Source: Antedon mediterranea (Eukaryota; Animalia; Echinodermata). Taken from it: DNA of 64,000 nucleotides. Under the pieces are notes generated by a model. It did not search any database. It was not told where the DNA came from and worked only from the letters and a program-made list of their open reading frames with translations. Position 1 is the stretch's first letter; the number at the start of each line of letters is the position of its first letter. Position numbers and translations under genes: made by a program. Location: contig NC_092671.1 in the NCBI RefSeq assembly GCF_964355755.1, positions 20,460,001-20,524,000 of the forward strand. The letters are read 5' to 3'. Shown here piece after piece: positions 1-12,500 of the stretch.

Positions 1-490
1 ATTTTGGGCCTGGAAGAATGAGTTTATAGGACAAAAATTAGCTTTGGAATAATTAGAATCAACTTTAAACGAGCATTCACTCTCTAGCTTGAAATAAAAC
101 ATCAGAACCATGGTCACTTGCACCAATTGGAGAAAGAAAATATACTCTTTCAACCTCAAGTTCATTTTCAGTAAGAATAAAATCAAGCAAAGAGGGATTG
201 TCACTACCACAGGCTATCATAAAATCATTCATATGTTGATAAAGAAAATTGTCAGAGCAAACGTCATAGAAAAGTTGCTGTTCGGTATTAGGACAACCCA
301 AAACACAGTGATTCTACCAGTGGATCTCTTTGATATTTAAGTCACCTGTAATAATTAACTGGTCATGATTTGTGCCACGAATTTTAGAAATAGTGTTTTT
401 AACCGAAAGGTTATATTCAGCAAGAGAATTTGGAAGACGATAAAGGCAGGCTAAAATCAAATTGTCCCTCAATTATCTTGTCAATTTTTC
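1..490 (-). mobile_element. Decayed CR1/L2-group LINE ORF2 fragment (APE endonuclease)
   Basis: Translation shows CLYRLPNS, IITGDLN, an in-frame stop, LLDFILT and GASDH, matching APE motifs YRPP, GDFN, LDL, SDH. Confidence 0.8.
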
Positions 491-512
491 AGAGTATATT
501 CTGTATAGTTAA

Positions 513-1138
513 AGACCCCTTCCCTGCAATTTTGGACGTTTTTTGGAAAATAATACATATATATCACTTTAAAAACATTAAACCATGTCATTCCTTGTCT
601 TAAATGTATGTTTTATGGTAAATTATGATAAAAAGTGAGAAACAATGCACTACCTAAGTAGCTCGCGGCGATCGACCTCTCGTGGACGGTCTCAGGCCTA
701 GCCTAGCTAGGCTTAGTTTTGTAGGCCTAGCTGGTAAACATCGGTAACGTACGAACATCGTACGCTAGCTATATACCTAGCCTGACGTTGTATAGTTGCT
801 GCATTAATTGTCTTTCTATTTTTGCCAGACTCCGTTGATACAAATTGGGGAAAACCCGGTATTTTCGCTGAAAAGTTAGGAGTCTTCCATTTGTTTTGGC
901 TTCACGATCGATCGAAAAGTGGGCGAATTACAGGTGAAAAACAAAAATATCAATCCGCGCGCAATGCATTTTGGGATTTATAGCGGGCCGCTATAATTAT
1001 TAAAATCGATTTATTTTTCACATTTTTAACCGTTTAAAGACGAAAAAAGTTATCGCAATAGGACCATATAGTATTATTTTTACATTAAATATAGTTTGTG
1101 ATCTTAAATTAGATCTAAAAAACGTAGGGAATGGGGCT
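513..1138. mobile_element. Kolobok-like MITE, family A
   Basis: TTAA flanks, AG...CT termini, TIR agaccccttccct; related copies at 27627-28048, 47710 onward and 54340-54409. Confidence 0.75.
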
Positions 1139-1889
1139 TTAACAAAATGGTGAAAATATGTTAAATTTTAAAATTAGAAAAAAAATCAGAATTCACGTGA
1201 ACCGTATTTTCATTTGTATGACGTATCATATGTATTGACTCCGGACCCAGCATTGCTGAGCTCCGGAAACAAGTAAACAAGTAAACAAGTAAATGACTTA
1301 TTATAAAATTAAGAGAAAAAAGTTGATTTTTTTTCATCATTAATTACAAATAAACAATTTTTTAATTTCGATAAACAAACTATGACATTTTCTTGGACCG
1401 AAATAACAAACATTAGCTAGGTTCACATTCAGAAATTATCATGAGTTTCTTTATCATGATGTTCTATATGAACCTGCAGGAAGTCGTTAACGTGATCTTG
1501 TTTATCAAGTTAATTCCAGCTAACATTCTCTCACCATTATATGCAGAGACGAAATTCAACCAATCAGCGCTTGGTTATTTACTGCGTCATCGGCCACCCA
1601 CCGGAAGAAGTCACCATTGTTGTAGTTTTGATTTCTTTGCCAGCTTCAACAAGTTGTTTTTGTTTTCTTAGGTTTAACCCACTATATTGTTTCGGACATC
1701 ATACATCAAGTTAGTAAGACGATTAAAGAATGAAATATCGAAATCGGGAGAACGAACCAGAAATTAATGTGAAACATTGTGAGACTATTTCAAAAGCTAG
1801 CCTAGACCGTCGAACCTACACTCGATCCACCACAAAGGCATGCACGACCTTACGAAAAGGCAGACACTTCTGCTATTTGCATGCAAGCC

Positions 1890-3275
1890 GCAACTTGTAT
1901 TATTTTGTAAACTATTGATTGTAAACCACGAAATGGATAATAAAATATCGTTGTGATGCATGTGTAGATGATTTCATATTCTTCAAATTAATTTATAGAC
2001 TTGACAGGGAATAGATTTTTTAAACAAAGCTAATTCCTAAATAGCATCGTAAATTTCTAGGCCGAATTTTTTTTTTTCACAAAGTTAGTAGGGACTACTT
2101 ACTAACTATTCTAGACCTAGATATGCATATTAAATATTTCTGTTATGAATTTCAGTAAATATAATAGATATAATAAAATAATAAAATATTCGATGTAGTA
2201 CAGTTGTGTTGCGATTTAATAGACCAATGTATCATGTGACGGGACAAAAATACGTATAGCCTGGTGAATAAATTCGTCCACGTTCAATCCGTCGTGCAAA
2301 TAGAGAGTGTACGGTGGAATGTTTGTTTGTGTACCAACTCCATTTACAAACAAGATGAGATTTTTATAGTTAAACTCATGTGTTTTGAAACCTAAAGTTC
2401 TTCAAAATTACGGAGTTAATAAATTTCATAAATTTTGGACGTTCTTTATTACTGCCGAAATTGTAACTACTTCGGAAAGGTAAGCGTGAGTAAGGTGAAA
2501 TTACAGACGGGCCATGGGTTGTTTTCATATTAATTCATTTTAGTTATCACATTCAATAGAGCGCATCTCCGTTATTTGAGCCCGATTTTCGCACAAATTT
2601 TAGTATGTGCTTACTCAATTAATTATCTTTCTCATGAGTTATCAACATTTTCATTTTGATGACGTCATCACGTGTAAAAACTTGAATAACGTAGGTCGTG
2701 TAATATCACCTTCACGATATATTTGAATATTTGACAGCTCTTCAGAATTAAAGGTGACCTTAAAGATTATTACTTATTATGAAAGCTGATGAAATGTAGA
2801 TATGAATTCATATAAAAATTAAGCCTATCGGATGTTGTGACGTTAACATATGGCCAGATGAAGTTAAAAAGTAGTTTTTTCATCTTTTTCGTCATAGTTA
2901 TACAAATTTCAAAGAGCGCGCACAGCGCTTCTACGTGCCAGATTTTCTTCCAATTCTTATATTTATTTGCTCAATTCATTATCTTTCGAAATTGTCATCT
3001 TTGAGTTTATTTTGATAATTCCATCATACCAAAAAATTAGAACATGATGTGTGTCCCGTAATTTCACCTATGCTACACTGTATATAGATATACAGTATAT
3101 ACTGTACATATTGTATATGGCATATAATAGGCACAACGCATCATGTCATAGGATGGCGTACATCAACTTTTTACGATCGTATGTTAACGTACATGCATGT
3201 TTAAAAAGTGTTAATTTCATTAAAATGATAAAAATGATCACCTATAATTCGTCAAAGTGACGAATTAAATTCTAG
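1890..3275 (+). mobile_element. Non-autonomous Helitron family 1 (5' end not defined)
   Basis: 3' hairpin aattcgtca-aag-tgacgaatt then CTAG|T; long homology with 6895-10098. Confidence 0.7.
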
Positions 3276-3416
3276 TTCTAAAATGTCTTCTTTTTTTTTT
3301 TTAATATAACAGAATTAGACTTTGGTAGTAATATAGACGATTATTTATCAAAAAGCACAATAAGCAACCAGAGGTAAATCATAGATATGGTGTTGTTACA
3401 TTAAAATGTATCTGAC

Positions 3417-3598
3417 CTTAACATAATCATACTGGCACAATGAATGGCTTTCAATGTCAAAGTCGGAAAATACAAGACTGACGGTGCTTCCTTGGTTCAC
3501 TGTAATAATCCAGAAACACTCTGCATTGTGACCATAAGAATATGGATAATTTGGTGATGTAAAAGATCCAGTTGGTGTTGTCAATTCACCACCACAAC
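3417..3598 (-). CDS. CUBN: CUBN exon 23: CUB7 first half [19 protein letters not shown]...CQYDYVK
   Basis: ORF 3396..3584; AAG acceptor, GTCAGA donor; 182 nt. Confidence 0.94.
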
Positions 3599-6500
3599 CT
3601 TGTAAAAATAATCAATAAAAATTGCTATTGAGTATCTTGGTATAACAGACATAAACATAAATATAATATAAAATAAATAAATGAGTTTTTCAGTCTTTGA
3701 ACTTGTTTTTCTACCTGTAGAACTTCCGTCCCATTCCATTCGGAATCCATCCGCTGTCTGAGAATTATCAGAGACAAACTTTAAGTAGATGCGATTACTA
3801 TGAGATATAATAACTGATGGATTGATATCAGTTCCACAATAAGTGCCGATCAAAGGTGATGTTGCATACCCACCATTCCTAAAATTTAAGCAACATTGTA
3901 TAATGTCATTAGTTTTTGCTAAATGGCAAGAAGAAATGCAGTAAAGTAAATAATAATAATAATAATAAAAATAAGTAGATTTAATTCGTCACTATGACAA
4001 ATTATAGGTTATATGCATTGATTTAAATAAAGATAATTTATTGTTACAAGATATATTGATTGATTTTCTCAGAATCTTTAATCATTTATATATATGATAG
4101 TGTCTTCCTAACGTAAATACAATGGCCGTTATCACAATCTGATCAAAGATTCCTCTGCGTATAATGTCATAAACCACATTTGTTACATAATAATAGACAT
4201 AAGTTACTTTTTTTCTAGATTTCATTATAAAGTATGTGTATAATCTTTACACTAAGAAATACAATTGAACAAACAATACGGATAAAAAAAAATCTTATTT
4301 CGTTTCGTTTCCCAAGGTGAGACTCGATCTCGTTACCTTGAATGCCATAGACATGAGCACAGGCAACCGAGCCACACACAACTGACTAAAAGTTGTAGAA
4401 AGATTTGTCCGTGTATTTACTATGCAGTAACCACTTGGTGCGGATAGATTATTAATTACATACCGCAGTATATATATTATATATATAGACATTTTAAGAA
4501 AGAAAGTTAGTGTTAAGTTTTTTATTTCGGCCTAAGAAAATGTCATCATTTGTTTGATTGTCAAAATTAATTTTTTGAAATTTAATATGCAATTAATGAT
4601 GACTTAATAAACTTTTGTTCTCTTAATTTCATAATAAATCATACATATGATACATACACTTTGAGAAAATGAAATGCAAAAATGCGCACCGTGAAAACAT
4701 AATCACATCGATTCCTGGCCATAAGGAATATACTCTGAAAAATTGACTTACCTAGATGAAACTGATAAAGATAATTGACGGACAAAATATTGACGGACAA
4801 AATTGTGCTAAGGAAAGAATAAATAAATAAAGATTCTGACAGAATCAATAAGGTTATATGCATGATAATGCATATAGCCTAATAATAATATCCTGGATTT
4901 ATATAGCCTAATGTTGTGAAACCTCTAAGCGCTGAACATTATTACCCCAGTCTAATTTTTGGATACATACTCCCACAATGCCGCTAGAAATCAGTTGTGT
5001 CTTGATCTAGTGGAGAGAGGCAAACGTAAGTAAAGTATCTTGCCTACGGATACAAGCAATGCGGCGGGAGTTTGATTCGAACCTTAATCTCACGATCACT
5101 AGTCCAACATCCAACACACTGCGCCATATGCCCTCACAAAATAACAAAACAATGTATCAGGAAGACATTTGTAATTAATTTAATTTGTAATGTATAAACT
5201 GAACAAAAACAATAGTATTCCAATACCTAATTTCAAGATAGTCATACACACAGTTAGTATGCACTTCGAGGAAGAATGATGTAAAGTTGAGTCGAATTTG
5301 TTGGCCCTCATTGACTGTGATACCCCATACGCATTCTCTATTGTGAGGATAGCCATCTGGGAATCCTGGTGATGTAATTACACCTGTGTTTGTGAAATAA
5401 TATCCTCCACAAGCTGGAAACAAAATGAAAGGTTAAACATTTATTACAAAACTACTAAAACCTAAAAGAGAGTTTATGGCAATGACATTTAAGCGTGGTT
5501 CCCACTAGCGACGCAACGCAAGGACGTAACGCAATGCAAGGGAATTGACTAATCACAAGCGATGGCTTATTCGCTTGTGATTGCTAACTGTCTATAACTT
5601 CGCTTGTCATTGGTTAACACGCTTGCGTTGCGTTTACGTCCTTGCGTTACGTTCTAGTGGGAACCAAGCTTAATGCTGTAGCCTGGCGCGACTCACCGCG
5701 ATTGAGATTTTTGTAGTGTGACCGAACGTGGACCGACTTGCGCCTGGCTTGAAATCAATTTCAGTCCAGGCAACTCAACCCAGACGCGCTACCCAGATTG
5801 ACCCTGGGTTGACCTTAGCGTAACCAGGATTGACATTTTTTTGGAACCTGGCAAATCACAGTCATCAAATCTGTGTTTTTTTATCGGGAATTTTAGTGGA
5901 CGGATATCCACATGACTTGTGGATCGCCGACAGGTTTTGTGCATTAATTTTTCTTGTAATCTGAGGTCCTTCGTACCTATCACCGGCATTTTGTATGCTG
6001 TGCATTGCTATCTAGTGATTGAATTGAAGACGAACTCAGCATCGGCTAGCCTACTATTAGATAGGATGCCGCCTGTCTGCGGGGGGGGGCCTAAACCTCT
6101 ATATTAATATTATGCTTACGATCAGTCGATTACATATATATATTTTAAATTGAAATCATCTATAACAAACAAAATGTATTGGCCTAATGCATTTTAAATA
6201 AAATTGTAAGTATATGTACTACAGATTGGCTCACATAAGTAGCCAATCAGATAGGCAGAAGTTTGGGTTGGTAGGGATCAACATTAGCAGAGAGATATAT
6301 TAGTTTACTACTGTATATAACTTTTGATTATAGATGCTTGAAACAAGTATAGTTATGAGTTGAATGGAATACAAAGATTGTAAAGTAAATTAAATTAATA
6401 ATTTAAAAAAAGGAAATTTGGGCCACTGTAAACCAATATTAATTATCCAGAACTTATGTTTATGTTAACTAAGGTTTTATTTATTTGTTACTTTTAATTC

Positions 6501-9500
6501 CATTTGGGCTGTTAGTGAACATGGGGATACAGTACAGCCACAGTGACAATTAAAATTCTTGGTTTGTTGTTCAGTGAAAACACTTGCTTTTAGCACAGGT
6601 CAGTTAAAATTTTAAAAGGCTAGATATTCAGGTCAGAATGGCAAAACTCAAATTGTCTACAGAATCGATTATTATCGCAAAAAGAAGTGTTATCGAATAA
6701 TATGTTAAGCCACACTGTGTTTCTTTTGCAATCTTTTTTATTCTGATTGCTTTTATTTAGTTCTATTACCAACCAAGTAATCAAAACTTTTAAAAGTAAC
6801 ATTAAATCCATTTTAATTTTTATTAACAATACACAAAATCACACTTACATTCTGAATGATAAATGAACAGCAGAGCAAAGAAAGTATTTTAACACAACTT
6901 GCCTTTATTTTGTAAACTATTGATTTTTAACCACGAAATGGATACATGTGTGGATGATTTCATATTCTTCAATTTATAGACTTGACGGGGAATAAATTTT
7001 TTAAACAAAGCTAATTCCTAAATAGACATCAAAAATGTCTAGGCCAAATTGTTTTTTCTTCACAAAGTAAAATATGTATTGTACAGGCCAGTAGCCAGGG
7101 TTTTTTTTGGGGTTCGGGCAATCCCTCACTCTTGCGCGAACCCCCCTTTACCAGCAAACCCCCTTGAGTGGCCGAGCGGTTAAGACAGTGGAACCGTAAT
7201 TACGTAGCCATAACATCGGCAGGGGTTCGAGGCTCACTCACTCCATGGTTCTGGTGGTAGAACGAGTCTTCTCGGATAAGGACTATAAACCGTAGGTCCA
7301 GTGTACACATCTAGCTCGTGTGCACTTTAAGAACCTAGTACATCTTTCGAGACGAGTAGGAGGTTACCCCGGTGTATTAGTACATCACAGCCACTGATCA
7401 CCAACTGGGCCCTCTGGGAGACCAGTCTTTGACTGAAGAGGTTACCCAGTATAAATATATATTTCAATTTCAATTTCAAAAACAAAGTGCCCACTTCCAA
7501 AATTGTGCAATTAATTATCAATTAGAGAATACTGTAGTGTACAAAATAATTGCTCTGCATAACTCAGATTGTAGTAGGTAAAAAATGTCTCTGTAAGCGG
7601 ATTAAAACCACTAAAATTGCTCTGAGAGCCAAAGCTTCCAGAAGGCTTTGGCCCCTGCACACTCAAGAAAACTCCCCTCTGATGCATTCTGGCTACGGGC
7701 CTGTTGTATGTAAACGGTGGGGGTAGGGCCTACTTAATAACTATTCTACACCTATACAGTATATGCATATTAAATATTGTTGTCATGAATTTCAGTAAAT
7801 ACATTCAAATTAAGTACTGTAATGTAATAATAAATATTCGATGTAGTACAGTCGTGGTGTGATTTAATAGACCAATGTATCATGTGACTAAAAATATGTA
7901 TAGCCTGGTGAATAAATTCGTCCACGTTCAATCCGTCGTGCAAATAGAGAGTGTACGGTGGAATGTTTGTTTGTGTAAATAAATCACTTACCAACTCCAT
8001 TTTTCAAACAAGATGAGGTTTTTATAGTTAAAATCATGTTAAAAAATCTAAGTTTTGCAAAATTACGGAGTTAATAAATATTATCGATTTTGAACGTTCT
8101 TTATTACTGCCGAGATTGTAACAACTTCGGAAAGGTAAGCGTGAGTGAGGTAAAATTACAGACGGGCCAGGTTTGTTTTCAAACTAATTCACGCTCACTA
8201 CTTAGGCCTACTTTTTGACACGAAATATTTGAGGAAAAGATGCCATGGCTCATCCGCAAGAGAACCATGGACAACAAAATGTGTGTTTGGCCTTTTACGC
8301 ATCAGTGCACCTCATTAGCATACTTATATCACGATGTTAAATTCTATGTGAACGCTCTTCCTGTTAACGTGATATTCAATATCACGATACGAAAGCACGA
8401 TAAAATCTTGTGAACGTTGCTATTAACAATGTTTAACATCATTAACAAATTGAAAAATAAATTAGGCACAACTTTTAAGTAATAGAAAAGTCACATGGTC
8501 GTGGAATACTTCAGTTCCCTTCCATTTGTAAGAATAAACATTTATAGGATGATTTATGTAGGTTATAACTATTATTAGTTACAGGATAACTCCTTGTGAT
8601 TGTACGAAATCATCATCATCTTTTTTTTCTTCTTTCTTTCTGTAATTTTTGTGTTACGCGTATCTGTAAAACTTGCAAACATAACATTTCGTAACTTTCT
8701 CAACATATTGTCATTCATATGAAGTTGTGCAGCGAACCTTTTCAGCATGTTTACAATTGCGCAAAATGACTTACGCACGATTTATGAATTTCGCGTATTT
8801 AACATAGGTCAAAAACCAAATAACATTTTAAATTGAAACTTTGCAAAAGTTTATTTGATATCATGCGCTAATTTTCTGTGGAAAAAAATTGTGTTTTACA
8901 AAAAGTTACGCGCGCACGCGCATTTAAAATTTAAAATTGCAAAAAAACAATTTCTAATCAACTTTCTACGCGTTTCATGTCATTTTGATTCCCACGCGTG
9001 CGCACATAGCATTACAAGCATCATTTTTTGAGTGATTTCTTTTTTTCCAGCCTTTTCCAGTAATTTTACCAACTTTTAAACTATTTCGACGTAAAATGAC
9101 GTCATACGAGCACCTAGAATTGGACAATTTGCGCGCGATTTTGATGAAAAAATTCAAAAATTTGTCAAAATGATGCCTTTTCTTAAACAGTCGTAATTTC
9201 TAAACTAAACAATGACAGTTATTTTTATTACATATTCTGGAAGTTGATGAGTTGTAGATATCGGGATCATGCATTAATATGGCTAACCGTACGTTGTGAC
9301 GTCATCAGATGGCCACGCGAATATAAAATATAGGATTTTTGTATCTTTCATCATAGCTCATCACAGTTAATAGAGCGCATCTCCACTTATCCTTTTTCCA
9401 TTTTCAGCCCGATTTTGATATTGTCTAGGTCAATCAACTGTCTTTCGCATGAGTTAAAAATATTTTAATTTTTGTGACGCCATCATGTCTAAAAATGTAA

Positions 9501-12500
9501 ATAACATGGGTCACTTATTTTCATCTTTACAGTAAATTTCAATCTGTTATAGCTCATCAGAATAAAAAGTGATAATCATGATTAAAACGTTTTCTGGAAG
9601 CTATTGGATTGTAGATACGAATTCATTTAAAAATGTTGCCAATCAGATGTTGTGACGTCATCATATGGCCAGTTGAATAAAAATTGTCGTATTTTCACCT
9701 TTTGCGTCATAGTTCATCACATTTAAACGAGCGTGCATCTATATTTTACGTATTCAAATTTTTTCTACACGTTAATATGTTGTTCCTGAGATAATTTCCC
9801 TCCGAAATTGCTATCTTAGTGTTTCATTTTGATACTGTCGCCATGTTAAAAATATGAATCAACGGCGTGTCCTCTAATTTCACCTATTCTGTATGTAATA
9901 ATGTATACTTATACTGTTTATACTGTAGGCCTATATGACACAAAATTGACAGAATTCAGCAATAACAACATATCATATTCTTCAGTTCAGGTCATAATGC
10001 CATAATTTTTTTCTGTGTGCAAAATTCCAACGTATGACGTGCACGCAGCGTTTGTTGTGCGGATAACTAACTCGTCAAAGTGACGAGTTTAAATCTAGTT
10101 GATATATAGTTCTGTATTTATTTTTGTTGCAATTAATTTCAATTACTGACCGCATACATTGCATACTTATAATAAGCATTTAGCCTACCAGAAGTGTAAT
10201 GTTAAACTTAATGTCAATTCTTTTTGTATCAATGGATTTAAAGCATAGAAAATGAGACTTCAATTGTAACTCCTGCATATATTATAATTTTGCATACATT
10301 TGACAAGTTTCCTTGGCGCTGTTGAAAAATCTGTTAATCAGCGGGGCTCATACCCGTCTTCGACAGGTACTAATGCTAGTAACCCATAAATATTCAGTTC
10401 AACAGAATAACAATTTGTAACTTTTAAGGTTGAAGAATTTCGTAATTATTATGATGGTCTGAAAATCCAATGACTGTAGCCACTAAAAACATACAGTAAA
10501 ACGTGTGTTTTACAAATTTTGAATCGTCAATTTTACGAATAAGCTATGATGATGACATCATCGACAACAAATAAATAATTGATTTCTAAGTCCAAATGAA
10601 TACATATCGGTAAGGCCTCGAAAAAAAAAAGGTAAACTATGTAAACTACAGTACATATATGCTGTTGTGGTCATTTGGTATTATAGGATCGGGTATAGGA
10701 TGATTCCGAGTTGTTAGGTCCAATAACAGTTCACGTTCAAATACCCTTTTTGTATAACGTATGATTTTTTTTAGAAGGCATAAATAAAAAAAGAAATCAA
10801 CCCACTCACTAACTTTATTTGGAACATAATGTACACACAGCTGGTTTTTAAATGTTTTATTTTTTAGCAATGCACTCTTTTGCTGTTGTTGTTTATTTAA
10901 GGCCTAGTAAGAAGAAAACATGCAAAAGGAGAATGGTGTATTAACTTTAAAACTTACCAGTTGTGGCATCCAGTCCTACATATGAAGCAGTAAAGCCTTC
11001 TTGTGCTACACTTGAATCTGTGTGGAATACCACAGTAATCACATTGCCAGAACTAGTAAATTGGGGTGGAGGAGTGGTGCCACAAAATCTAAATTAAATT
11101 AATAAAGTAGTATTAGAATTTTGAAAATAGTAAAAGAAACAAAAACTACTCTAAACAAGGATTTACTATGTTAAATGTGTTAGAACTAAAAAAAACAAGT
11201 TAAAGATGTATTGTCCTCCAAATATATCTTTAAACCTAAAACAGTACAAGCCAGAATAATTAACTTGATATACAGTACAAATATTATGTTAGGAAGAGTT
11301 GAGATAAACTAAAAAATGTCCTGTAATATCTACTGTGGTTAAGCTATGGTTACACCCTCTATTGGAGTTAAATTGCAGTCTAGTGTTTGGTTTCTTCTGC
11401 ATATAAATGCAATAAATACACCAGTTAATCATCAGATAAACAAACCAACAAACAATAAAGAAACACTAAAACAGTACAAAGAAAATAATTAACATTATAT
11501 ACTGCAATATTCAATTCACAGCATCGGATTAGTTATGTTAGCATGTCTGAATTCAATTGATCGACAACATTGTCACGATGTTGGTCTGCAGTGACTGGAG
11601 GGAAAAACACAAAACAGTGGCTGGATGGGAAAATACAAAAAAAACAACAAAAAAAACACAAAGCTAACCTCAAGAAGTTCAGCAGACAATTACAACACAA
11701 AGAAACAAGCAAAGTTTGTATAGAAATATTTAGTGCATATCTGGAAGTGACAACCGCTTTAATCATTCCTAATGAATATTGAATGCAGTAATGAAGCAGA
11801 ATACTACTTCTTCACTGCAATAGAATGCTTTGGCCAAGTGGTATATAAACACAAATATTGACTGGGGTTTTATCGGGGCACATACTATGCTACAAGTTTG
11901 TGAATAATACAGTATTAGTATAGTACAGTACATATTAGCTAATTGTGCAAAAGATTATAGTGCCCAATCACCAATAGAACAGTGGTGCAACAAATATGTT
12001 ACCTGCCAACAAATCCAGGAATGGCAGAACGGTTTGTTGCTACTGTTGAGTTTTTACTCTCAACAACACCGGAACTGTGAAAAATATAATTTTTAAATGA
12101 AATAATGAAACAATAAAATAAAATCAGCATCAAAACTTTTAAGAACAGCTTCATCTATAGAGCACCACATACCTGAATTTGCTATCCACCAAACTAAGAA
12201 ATGTGGTAACAATAAATAATTTTAAGTCTGCTCTAAAAAAATATTTAATCCCAAAAGAAAAAACTCAACGTTTTGTATAGTATTGTAGGCTATATTGTTG
12301 TATTTAAGTACATATATAATATATATATATATTTTTTTAAACATAGTTCATCCGTTTTTCTTTTTCCATATGTTTTTTTTATAATGTTTATATGGGGGCC
12401 CCTTGATTGTCAGCATATGCTGTTTAGGGTCACCCTCACTAAATAAGGTTTAATAAAATATAAAATAAATAAAGATGATATGCATTTATAATTATCAAAA

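Larger units (their letters stand above)
6895..10098 (+). mobile_element. Non-autonomous Helitron family 1, long copy with nested insertions and ~360-bp internal repeats
   Basis: Homology to 1890-3275; 3' hairpin aactcgtca-aag-tgacgagtt then CTAG|T. Confidence 0.7.

Noticed and set aside
1-3416. Search for the second half of CUB7
   Set aside because: No matching exon was found; the region is LINE, MITE and Helitron sequence, so the exon presumably lies beyond the window.
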